A stretch of DNA of 64,000 bases from an uncultured Candidatus Saccharibacteria bacterium. Lineage in GTDB: Bacteria > Patescibacteriota > Minisyncoccia > Minisyncoccales > JANBVM01. The stretch is taken from the NCBI GenBank assembly GCA_964514375.1, contig CAZEQH010000003.1, positions 12-64,011 on the forward strand, in the 5' to 3' direction. Below the pieces are notes generated by a model. That model did no database searches and had not been told where the DNA came from. It saw only the letters and a list, made by a program, of their open reading frames with translations. Both the position numbers and the translations under genes were made by a program. Of this stretch, positions 15,405 to 23,103 are shown piece by piece (position 1 is the stretch's first letter; each line of letters begins with the position of its first letter).

Positions 15405-16562
15405 TTAAGCAAAAGCCAATAATTCAGGTTTTATCATCATAACCAGTCCCAAAACTAATAGTACCACTGCTGAAATCAGCTTTACGGCCTTAAGATATTT
15501 CTCGGAAACCTGGGTAATACGCAGAGTGGCAGCCGCCAGGAGAAAAATTATAAAATCGTCAAGCATATACAGAATAACGTATATAAAAAGATAGAAATAA
15601 TAAGAAGTGCTGGAAAGGTTAAAGGAGGTCAGTATTTTAATGAAAGCTAAGGGAAAGCCGAAGGAGCAAACCAGCTCCACAAGATTTATACCGGCTGCCA
15701 CCATGGATACTCCGGCCAGCATTAAAATCAGGGATTTCTTGGAATCGGTAAGGGCCTGCATTTTGGAAAACATTTTCTGCTCCCATCTGCTGAACCAGTT
15801 TCCTTTTCCCGCATCAACCTGACATACCTTGCAGATAATGCCGTGGAAGTAATCCTTCAGCATAAAAGCCGCAAACAGGATAATAATCAATCCCACTAAG
15901 TTGGTAATAAAGTTTATCTTCTCCAGTACCAAAAACAGGTTAAAAGAGGCCGTAATAAACACAAAATAAACTATTCCTGAAACAAGAATAAAAGTGCCCC
16001 CTATCCACAGGACCTTTTCCCTGGCGCCTGTAGCTATCAGCGAAGTGAGCAAAAAACCCAAAGCCACCATGGCACAGGCATTGAATCCATCCAACCCCCC
16101 CATCACTACCGCCAGCGTCAGAGGAGAAAGCCGCGACAGAGAAATCTTACCCAGTATAGGAACTTTAATCACGGCAGCGGAAGTGCTGGCTGAGCCTCCC
16201 AGACATTCTACCAGGCACGCTTCTATATTTTCTCCTATCTTTTTATCAAAACCGATAAAATATTTTTGAGGCGTGAACAGCACAGGAACCATTCCCCATT
16301 CCTCTTTGGGAACTCCGTACTCCTGGTAGAATTGAACCAGGATATCCTGATTTTCGGAATGATATGCTATTTCATATCCGTTTACTTTAAGTTCGGGATA
16401 CTTCTCCTCAAGCACATCCAGAAAAGCTCTTTCCTCCTTGCAGTGCGGGCAGGTACTACTGTAAAAGAAAGTAAATTCCAACGGCTCTGCAGCCGAAACC
16501 GCCTGCCCTACAAGAGCACTCATTAAAGTAATCACAAATAGAAATGGGATTATTTTTTTCAT
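15405..16562 (-). CDS. Signal peptide + thioredoxin-like domain (CPHC) fused to a CcdA/DsbD-like polytopic membrane domain
   Basis: FFYSSTCPHCKEE in the N-terminal third, then 6 or more TM helices including GLDGFNACAM, which is similar to the CcdA-family motif. Confidence 0.6.
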   Translation of the reverse strand: MKKIIPFLFVITLMSALVGQAVSAAEPLEFTFFYSSTCPHCKEERAFLDVLEEKYPELKVNGYEIAYHSENQDILVQFYQEYGVPKEEWGMVPVLFTPQKYFIGFDKKIGENIEACLVECLGGSASTSAAVIKVPILGKISLSRLSPLTLAVVMGGLDGFNACAMVALGFLLTSLIATGAREKVLWIGGTFILVSGIVYFVFITASFNLFLVLEKINFITNLVGLIIILFAAFMLKDYFHGIICKVCQVDAGKGNWFSRWEQKMFSKMQALTDSKKSLILMLAGVSMVAAGINLVELVCSFGFPLAFIKILTSFNLSSTSYYFYLFIYVILYMLDDFIIFLLAAATLRITQVSEKYLKAVKLISAVVLLVLGLVMMIKPELLAFA

Positions 16563-17743
16563 AATGTTTTTGCTCTGCTTTTATAATCAAGGGATAATAC
16601 CGAACCGCCTTTCAAAGCCGCTTCTATCATGCCGCTGGCGTCTAATTTTTCTTCCTCATTCTCCACCTCTTTCAGGTTGGCTTTGGTCTCAGGACGCGAA
16701 GGGAGAAATCTCACACAACAATCTTCATGGGGTAAAATAGAAATTTCGAAAGTATGGATTTCTTTCGCTTTTCTTATTATCTCGTCTTTATCCTGGCATA
16801 TCAAGGGTCTCAAAACGGGAAGCGCTGCCGTATCATCAATAGCTCTAATGTTTTCCAGGGTTTGGGAGGCCACCTGCCCCACGCTTTCCCCTGTTATTAA
16901 AGCCTGAACCCTTTCTTTTGCGGCTATTGCCTGGGCAATCCTTATCATGAATCTGCGATACAGGATGACCCTGAGTTTAGCTTTGGTGCTCAACATTATC
17001 TCTTTCTGAATGTCAGAGAAAGGAATCAAATAAAGCTTTGCCCCGAACTGGTATCTGGAGAGAAGAGAAACCATCTCTTTGACCTTTTCTATGGAAGCCC
17101 GGCTGGTATAAGGATAGGCGTGAAAATGAATAAAAATTACCTTAATTCCCCTCTTCATAGCCAGGAAAGAAGCAACTGGAGAGTCTATGCCCCCTGAGAT
17201 AAGGGCTACCGCCCTGCCGCTTGCCGTTACCGGAAGACCCCTCAATCCTTCTATCCTCTGCAGATATAGGAAAGCATAATCTTCAGCTATTTCTATGAAA
17301 AGGTTCAAATCTGGTTTTTCCAGACTGACTTCTTTCTTCAGCTTTTTTATGACGGTTTCCCCTACCTTGGCGTTTATTTGCTGGGATGTCAAAGGAAAAT
17401 CTTTATTAGATCTCTGGGTTGATATCCTGAAACTTTTGAATTTCCTGCCGCGCAGCATATCTAGCGCTTTACTCTCTATAACGGAAATGTCCTGCCTGCA
17501 GGAAGCGGCAAAAGAAAAATAAGCAATACCGAATACATGTCTTAAATTATCTGAAATAATATCTTCTTTTTTTTGTTCTTCCCCGGTCAGTTTGATTATA
17601 ATCCTCCCCGATATCCTTTTAACCGAACTGAAGCTTCGTTCGGGAAGGGATTTTTTTATATTCGATATTAATTTCTCTTCAAAAAACTTACGGTTCTTTC
17701 CTTTTAATCCTATTTCGTCATAGTGGCATATAATATAATCCAT
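16559..17743 (-). CDS. thiI: tRNA 4-thiouridine synthase ThiI
   Basis: N-terminal ferredoxin-like/THUMP region (YDEIGLKGKNRKFFE) and PP-loop ALISGGIDSPVA. 4-nt overlap with the downstream gene. Confidence 0.9.
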   Translation of the reverse strand: MDYIICHYDEIGLKGKNRKFFEEKLISNIKKSLPERSFSSVKRISGRIIIKLTGEEQKKEDIISDNLRHVFGIAYFSFAASCRQDISVIESKALDMLRGRKFKSFRISTQRSNKDFPLTSQQINAKVGETVIKKLKKEVSLEKPDLNLFIEIAEDYAFLYLQRIEGLRGLPVTASGRAVALISGGIDSPVASFLAMKRGIKVIFIHFHAYPYTSRASIEKVKEMVSLLSRYQFGAKLYLIPFSDIQKEIMLSTKAKLRVILYRRFMIRIAQAIAAKERVQALITGESVGQVASQTLENIRAIDDTAALPVLRPLICQDKDEIIRKAKEIHTFEISILPHEDCCVRFLPSRPETKANLKEVENEEEKLDASGMIEAALKGGSVLSLDYKSRAKTL

Positions 17744-17750
17744 AATATAT

Positions 17751-17975
17751 GTTCAAATTTTAATGTTTGAAGTTCGATGTTACGAATCAATAATTCAGAC
17801 AGTTCTCGAGGGAGACGCTTCGCAGCCGAGCCCGGTCGTAGATAACGTTTCACTTCTAATAAACTGAGGCTCGGCGAGAAATAGAAGCAGCGGTGAAAAA
17901 GTAATTGTAGCTGTTTTAAGCCGACTTCGTGTCACCCTCGGCTGCAGCCTACGGGCGAGGCCCGAAAGAAATGAC
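17751..17975. repeat. Composite intergenic repeat block (degenerate heptads, 8-bp GC stem, module 'M' fragment)
   Basis: GTTTGAAGTTCGATGTTACGAA heptads. Stem GCCGAGCC (17825..17832) / GGCTCGGC (17868..17875). 17928..17963 CGTGTCACCCTCGGCTGCAGCCTACGGGCGAGGCCC matches 23003..23086 and the reverse complement of 63854..63917. Confidence 0.8.
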
Positions 17976-17992
17976 TGAATGACCATAAAATA

Positions 17993-19045
17993 TTATGATA
18001 TTTCTCCTCCGCCTAAGACCTCCATGCCCTTGTAAAAGACCGCTGACTGTCCAGGCGTGACGGCCCGCTGAGACCTCTCAAAGGCCAAGTGATATCTTCC
18101 ACCCTTTAAAGAAAGCAGGGTCGGCACAGCTTTATGTTTATATCTTATCTTAGCTTTCATGGCAACGGGCAGGACGGGCGCCTTTCCCGATATCCAGCTT
18201 ACTTTTCTTATGAAGGCCTCTTTTCTGTAAAGATCTCTTTCGTCTCTAGTAACAACCAGTATGTTTTTCTTAATTCTTTTATCTGCTACATAAAAGGGCC
18301 CGCCGGCGAGCCGAATGCCCCTTCTCTGGCCGATAGTATAAAACCAAAGGCCCTGATGCTTCCCTAAAATCTTTCCCTTCTTATCTATAATCCTGCCGGG
18401 ATTTGTTTTTAGGTGACTTTTTAAAAAATCCTCTGTTTTACGTTCTATAAAGCATACTTCCTGAGACTCCGGAATTTCTGCTATCGGAAGACCGAACTTG
18501 ACGGCCATCTTCCTAACTTCAGTTTTCTTATATCCTCCAACCGGAAACATAACATTCTTTAAAAGCTTCTGGTTAAGCCGCCACAGGAAATAAGACTGAT
18601 CCTTGTTTTCGTCTTTGGCTTTCAATAGTCTGATTTTTCCTTTCCTCGTATCTAATCTGGCATAGTGGCCAGTAGACAGAAATCCACCGTTTTTTCCTTT
18701 AACTTTTTGAAAAAGCAGTTTGAATTTTATTTCCCGGTTGCATGTAATGCAGGGGTTGGGAGTGATACCCTTCTTATAATCTTTTATAAAGCTATCGACA
18801 ACTATTTTATTGAATTCTTCTTCTAAATCAACTGTCTTAAAAGAAATCTCCAGAATTTCGGCTATTCTGCGGGCTCTTTTTTCAGATTCTTTTACAGTTC
18901 TTCCGGTTCCGAGCCTCATAAAGACGGTTGTCACATCCAAATCCCCTGATTCCTTTAGAAGGGCAGCTGATACCCCTGAATCTATTCCACCGGAAAGAGC
19001 ACAAACTACCTTTTTTTTCTTATTGAAATTTTGTTTACTATTCAT
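17993..19045 (-). CDS. mnmA: tRNA-specific 2-thiouridylase MnmA
   Basis: PP-loop VCALSGGIDSGVSA, conserved NPCITCN, and GHYARL. Confidence 0.9.
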   Translation of the reverse strand: MNSKQNFNKKKKVVCALSGGIDSGVSAALLKESGDLDVTTVFMRLGTGRTVKESEKRARRIAEILEISFKTVDLEEEFNKIVVDSFIKDYKKGITPNPCITCNREIKFKLLFQKVKGKNGGFLSTGHYARLDTRKGKIRLLKAKDENKDQSYFLWRLNQKLLKNVMFPVGGYKKTEVRKMAVKFGLPIAEIPESQEVCFIERKTEDFLKSHLKTNPGRIIDKKGKILGKHQGLWFYTIGQRRGIRLAGGPFYVADKRIKKNILVVTRDERDLYRKEAFIRKVSWISGKAPVLPVAMKAKIRYKHKAVPTLLSLKGGRYHLAFERSQRAVTPGQSAVFYKGMEVLGGGEIS

Positions 19046-19554
19046 TTCCCGAGAGCTCTTTTCCTAATTTCTACGTAATCCTGATATTTTTCCTCAATAA
19101 GTTTCAGTTCTTTTTGTATCCGTTCGTGCCTGGCTGTAAGTTTCTCCGGTATATCTTTCTTTTTCTTGAAAAGATAATCGTAAACGGCTTCCGATAAAGC
19201 ATCGGCGGCCAGTACGGAACAGTGAAGCTTGATAGGCGGAAGACCTCCCAGTGAATCCGCTATTTCCTTCTTATTAATATCCAAGGCCTCCTCTATAGTT
19301 TTACCCTTAGCTAAATCCGTTATAACGCTGCTGGTGGCCACCGCGGCCACACATCCGAAGGTTTCGAATTTAATTTCCTTAATTATCTCCTTGCCTTTCC
19401 TGTTCTTGCCGACTTTAATGTAAACCCACATTACGTCGCCGCAGAAGATGTTCCCCACCTTACCGATACCGTCCGCATTCTTTATCCTGCCGAAGTTATG
19501 GGGATTCTTAAAATGCTGGATGACTTTTTTTGTATATTCTTTGTTGTCTGGCAT
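19042..19554 (-). CDS. nifU: Fe-S cluster scaffold, NifU/IscU N-terminal type
   Basis: Three ligand Cys in the canonical contexts (NIFCGDVM, FGCVAAVATSS, KLHCSVLA). Confidence 0.85.
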   Translation of the reverse strand: MPDNKEYTKKVIQHFKNPHNFGRIKNADGIGKVGNIFCGDVMWVYIKVGKNRKGKEIIKEIKFETFGCVAAVATSSVITDLAKGKTIEEALDINKKEIADSLGGLPPIKLHCSVLAADALSEAVYDYLFKKKKDIPEKLTARHERIQKELKLIEEKYQDYVEIRKRALGK

Positions 19555-19574
19555 AAATTTATCAATGATAAGTT

Positions 19575-20741
19575 TTAGCGGGAAAATGGTGATATTTTCC
19601 TCAAATTTTCCACTGCCTGAGGAAGCACTTTCAGGACGTAATCTATCTCTTCCTTAGTGGTCTGCCTGCCCAGACTTAATCTAAGGGAGCCGTGTATTTG
19701 ATGGGGCTTGAGGCCTATAGCTTGCAGTACGCGGCTCGGTTCTAATTTTTTGGAGGAACAAGCAGAACCCGTAGAAACTGCGATACCCATCAAATCAAGC
19801 TGCATCATTAAAGATTCTCCTTCCACAAAGAAAAAGGAAATATTAACGTTATTGGGCAGTCTTTTGACCGCATGACCGTTGAGTTGGGTGTCCTTCACTT
19901 CTGTGAGGATGCCTGAAATAAGTTTGTCGCGGAGATGGGAAAGTCTTTCGGCTTCCGATGCCATTTCTTCCCTGCACAGTTCACAGGCCTTGGCGAAGCC
20001 GGCAATGGCCGGAACGTTCACTGTGGAACTTCTATATCCGGATTCATGTCCTCCTCCGTGCAGAAGGGGCTCTATCTTAACTTTCTTTCTTTTAAACAGG
20101 CAGGCCGCTCCCTTGGGACCATACATCTTATGGGAGCTGGCAGTAAGCAGGTCTATATTCATTTTATCGACATCGATGGGAATTTTTCCGAAGCTTTGGG
20201 CGGCATCGGTATGAAAGAAAACTGCGGCCTTCCTGCAGACGGCTCCTATCTCCGCAATGGGCTGTATGGTTCCTATCTCGTTGTTGGCATGCATAACAGA
20301 CACAAGAATCGTTTCTTTCCGCAAGGCCTTCTCTACATCCTTTGGGTCTACCAGGCCGTATTTATCCACCTTAAGCTCTGTTATTTCAAATCCCTGAAGC
20401 CCGAGCCAATGGGCGCTTTCCGCAATGCAGGGATGTTCTACGGCGGAAATTATTATATGTTTTCCCCTGGATTTATTGGCAAAGGCAACTCCCTTCAGTG
20501 CAAAATTATTGGCTTCGGTGGCAGAACCTGTAAAAATTACCTCATCCCTTTGGGCGCCCATCAGGGAAGCCACCTTCTCCCTGCTGTTTTCTAAGACCTC
20601 TTTAGCTGCCTGTCCGAAGCTGTGCAGAGACATGGTATTGCCGAAACTCTTCTTAAAATGAAGAATCACCTCTTTCATAACTCTGGAGTCAAGAGGGGTG
20701 GCAGCAGCATAATCCAAATATATTCTTTTTCTTTTGGCCAT
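19575..20741 (-). CDS. nifS: Cysteine desulfurase NifS/IscS (class V aminotransferase)
   Basis: PLP Lys context SSHKMYGPKG and active-site loop STGSACSS. Confidence 0.9.
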   Translation of the reverse strand: MAKRKRIYLDYAAATPLDSRVMKEVILHFKKSFGNTMSLHSFGQAAKEVLENSREKVASLMGAQRDEVIFTGSATEANNFALKGVAFANKSRGKHIIISAVEHPCIAESAHWLGLQGFEITELKVDKYGLVDPKDVEKALRKETILVSVMHANNEIGTIQPIAEIGAVCRKAAVFFHTDAAQSFGKIPIDVDKMNIDLLTASSHKMYGPKGAACLFKRKKVKIEPLLHGGGHESGYRSSTVNVPAIAGFAKACELCREEMASEAERLSHLRDKLISGILTEVKDTQLNGHAVKRLPNNVNISFFFVEGESLMMQLDLMGIAVSTGSACSSKKLEPSRVLQAIGLKPHQIHGSLRLSLGRQTTKEEIDYVLKVLPQAVENLRKISPFSR

Positions 20742-20752
20742 TGTTTAAAATA

Positions 20753-21169
20753 TCAGGCGATTAAATCCTCTAAAGTCACCGAATCCAAGGCGGCATTTAA
20801 GGCCCGTTGGATTTTAGTCCAGGCTCCTACCGCCCGGCATTTTTTTCTTTTGGGGCATTTGTATTTCTCCCTCGAAGCAGAAGCAAGACACCTGACAACC
20901 GCTGTAGTCTTTTCCAAAGCCGCTGCTACTTCCCCTACGCTGATTTTATCTGCAGAACGATTCAGAAGATATCCTCCCTTGGCTCCACGCTTTGATTTCA
21001 GAAGTCCCTTCCTCTCCAACCGGGAAACTACCTTTTCCAGATAATCAAAGGGGATATTTTCCTTGTCAGAAATTTCCTTTATGGAACAAATCTTTTTTTC
21101 TTTTGCAGAGGCTGCAGCCAGATATATCATGGCTCTTAATCCGTACTGGGTTTTCCTGGAAAATTTCAT
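20753..21169 (-). CDS. Rrf2-family transcriptional regulator (IscR-like, Cys-containing)
   Basis: MKFSRKTQYGLRAMIYLA winged-helix start typical of Rrf2. Cys residues in the C-terminal half. First gene of the nifS-nifU-mnmA-thiI run. Confidence 0.85.
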   Translation of the reverse strand: MKFSRKTQYGLRAMIYLAAASAKEKKICSIKEISDKENIPFDYLEKVVSRLERKGLLKSKRGAKGGYLLNRSADKISVGEVAAALEKTTAVVRCLASASREKYKCPKRKKCRAVGAWTKIQRALNAALDSVTLEDLIA

Positions 21170-21173
21170 AATT

Positions 21174-21198
21174 AAAACCGACTATATCAGTCGGTTTT
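21174..21198. promoter_or_regulatory. Perfect 10-bp inverted repeat (candidate Rrf2 operator) between the -10 box and the start codon
   Basis: AAAACCGACT-ATATC-AGTCGGTTTT, immediately downstream of the -10 hexamer and 5 nt upstream of the Rrf2 ATG (21169). Confidence 0.45.
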
Positions 21199-21227
21199 AA
21201 TATATACAATTAATTGAGGGGTGTCAA
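21199..21227 (-). promoter_or_regulatory. Candidate sigma70-type promoter of the Rrf2-nifS-nifU operon
   Basis: On the minus strand: TTGACA (21227..21222), a 17-nt spacer, then TATATT (21204..21199). The -35 box sits inside the hairpin TTGAGGG-N7-CCCTCAA, which could also terminate the ferredoxin gene. Confidence 0.5.
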
Positions 21228-21254
21228 CCCTCAAAAAGTTAAAGAAAGTCTGGC

Positions 21255-21437
21255 CTACCCCTCAACTTCTTCAATGGCCCCGTAGGGACAGACTGTTTCC
21301 CCTCCGCACTCCTCCATGGCAGCCGAATCAATGATGTGGGATTTGCCGTCTTTATCCCAATCAGCCCCTTTCGGACAAACCGAAATACAGACTCCGCAGC
21401 TTATGCATTTATCTTTGTTGACTTGGAATTTTGCCAT
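21255..21437 (-). CDS. Small 4Fe-4S ferredoxin
   Basis: 60 aa. CISCGVCISVCP cluster motif plus distal Cys. Confidence 0.8.
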   Translation of the reverse strand: MAKFQVNKDKCISCGVCISVCPKGADWDKDGKSHIIDSAAMEECGGETVCPYGAIEEVEG

Positions 21438-21501
21438 ATTTTTGTATTAAAGAATTGGTCTCAGACCTTTTGTTAACCTTAATTTTTTACAGACAATAAC
21501 T

Positions 21502-21529
21502 ATTATATCAGGATAGTTCAGACAGACAA
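21502..21529 (-). promoter_or_regulatory. Candidate extended -10 promoter for the ferredoxin gene
   Basis: On the minus strand: TTGTCT (21529..21524), a 16-nt spacer, then TGATATAAT with TATAAT at 21507..21502. Confidence 0.45.
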
Positions 21530-21531
21530 AA

Positions 21532-22749
21532 TCACGCCTTTCTTTTTCCTCTGCCGGCCGCCTTTAATACTCTGGCCATCAGCGTGATTTGTTTTATCGT
21601 ACCCAACCCTCCCTTACTGCATGATTTTTCGGAAAACTTCTTAACGTCATCTTCCGCCGCCCCGGAGATAAGAACAGGAATCTGCTCCTTGCAATGCCTC
21701 TTTAAAGAACAGCAGGTTGAATGGTCGCCCGTCACCACGATAATCGTATCTTTCAGCCTTAAAAATGGACCAAAGTGACTGTCTATCTTTTCTATGAATT
21801 TCTTTTTCCCTTTGAAATCTCCGTCTTCCGCCAGACTGTCCGTGGCCTTGATATGCAGAAAGACGAAATCATACTCCTTCAAGGCCTTAAGAACGGCTTT
21901 CACCTTGCCTGTCAGGTTAGTGGAAACCAGTCCGTTGGCTCCCTTAACCTTAAGCACCTTCATACCGAGAATCTCCCCTATCTGCTTATAGAGTATTTTG
22001 CCTGCAACACAGCAGGCCTTCAGGCCGTATCTTGCCGAAAATGAAGGTATCTTTCTGGGAGAGCTCGCTCCCCGCACTAAAATATAATTTGCCTGAGGCA
22101 GCCCTCTCTTTTTTCTGGCCTCGTTGAGGGGATGAACTTTTAAAATCTCGTGTGCTCTCTCTAAAAACTCATTCAATACCTGAGCCGTAAAGGCAGACTC
22201 CTTGCTTTTATCCAAGGGTACTATTTTAGTTACCCTGCTGCCCAAGTGCGCATAATGAGGGTCTCCGTCTGAAATTTTACTGCTCAATCTCTTACCCCTC
22301 ATCACTATACCCACCCTGTGTTCGCCAGCTGGCTTAATAAGGAAACTGACATTCTTTATTTTCATTCCGGATAAAGCCGCTACCAGGGGACCTGTCTCTT
22401 TTATCCTGCCTGCCCGACGGTTCACAATGTTGAGGTCCTTGCCGACGGTACTGAAATTTCCCCTCAAAGCCACGTCTCCTTTTTTAAGCTTGATACCTGC
22501 TCCCTTGGCAGTAAATATCCCCCTGGCTAACTCCAGTTTGTGGGGATTATATCCGAAAAGCGCAAAATGGGATTCTTCCGAGGTGGGAAGGGCTTTGGTA
22601 AAATAAGGGTCCAATAATCCGCATCGACCCTTTTGAGCCAAGCCGTCAAGATTGGGAGTAACTGCGGCCTCCAGGGGCGTACGGTTTTTGAGTTCTTTAA
22701 TGGGTTTATCTCCTAATCCGTCTAAGACGATAAATAGTATTTTGTTCAT
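21532..22749 (-). CDS. apgM: 2,3-bisphosphoglycerate-independent phosphoglycerate mutase, archaeal ApgM type
   Basis: MNKILFIVLDGLGDKP...LEAAVTPNLD metal-site motifs. I use the internal Met at 22749. The 113 upstream codons of the track ORF are translated repeat DNA. Confidence 0.85.
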   Translation of the reverse strand: MNKILFIVLDGLGDKPIKELKNRTPLEAAVTPNLDGLAQKGRCGLLDPYFTKALPTSEESHFALFGYNPHKLELARGIFTAKGAGIKLKKGDVALRGNFSTVGKDLNIVNRRAGRIKETGPLVAALSGMKIKNVSFLIKPAGEHRVGIVMRGKRLSSKISDGDPHYAHLGSRVTKIVPLDKSKESAFTAQVLNEFLERAHEILKVHPLNEARKKRGLPQANYILVRGASSPRKIPSFSARYGLKACCVAGKILYKQIGEILGMKVLKVKGANGLVSTNLTGKVKAVLKALKEYDFVFLHIKATDSLAEDGDFKGKKKFIEKIDSHFGPFLRLKDTIIVVTGDHSTCCSLKRHCKEQIPVLISGAAEDDVKKFSEKSCSKGGLGTIKQITLMARVLKAAGRGKRKA

Positions 22750-22789
22750 AAGCGGGTTCCCTCCTTCGCTCTCACGAGCTTCGGAAGGG

Positions 22790-23095
22790 CGAAGCGAGGT
22801 TCGAAGATTATATGTTATAGACTTCGAGGGTCGAAGATAATATGTATTCGGGGTTTTTGTGAGGTAAGCAGGTTTCAGGGTGGTCTTGAGGCCTGAGCGG
22901 GCACGGTTTTGCGGCTCTGCCGCAAAGAGCGAAGGATTCAACACCAGTGAGCTCTGCTCGCTGGGCAGAGCGAACGACCCTGGAGCCTGTTTGCCGAACA
23001 ATCGTGTCACTCTCGGCCGTAAACCGGACACGAGCGAGGCCCTCGGCTGTAGCCTACGGGCGAGGCTCGAGGGAACCGCCTGAAACACCTATAGA
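22790..23095. repeat. Composite intergenic repeat block (TCGAAG-containing units, module S copy 2, module M)
   Basis: 22801..22815 TCGAAGATTATATGT and 22831..22845 TCGAAGATAATATGT. Module S at 22863..22995. Module M at 23003..23086. Confidence 0.85.
22863..22995. repeat. 133-nt repeat module 'S', copy 2 (candidate structured RNA)
   Basis: Same length as, and collinear with, 14467..14599. The 19-bp closing stem is fully paired only if read as plus-strand RNA (15 Watson-Crick + 4 G-U pairs). Confidence 0.8.
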
Positions 23096-23103
23096 TAATG
23101 TAA

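Noticed and set aside
17795-17986. 63-aa minus-strand ORF
   Set aside because: It lies entirely within repeat block C. Its composition and peptide similarity to other repeat translations indicate a chance ORF.
19935-20594. 219-aa plus-strand ORF, and the many similar long plus-strand ORFs (for example 12854..13453, 30983..31600, 31828..32361, 49433..50047, 59964..60464, 61768..62283)
   Set aside because: Each is antisense to a well-supported conserved minus-strand gene (nifS, the DsbA-like gene, the P-type ATPase, the DUF3298 gene, murJ, secA, hpf). They are shadow ORFs with odd composition.
22750-23088. The 113-codon N-terminal extension of the track ORF 21532..23088
   Set aside because: The extension is a translation of the GC-rich intergenic repeat and shares the peptide LARRLQPR..VTR with the spurious ORF 17795..17986. 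The conserved ApgM sequence starts at MNKILFIVLDG (ATG at 22749).
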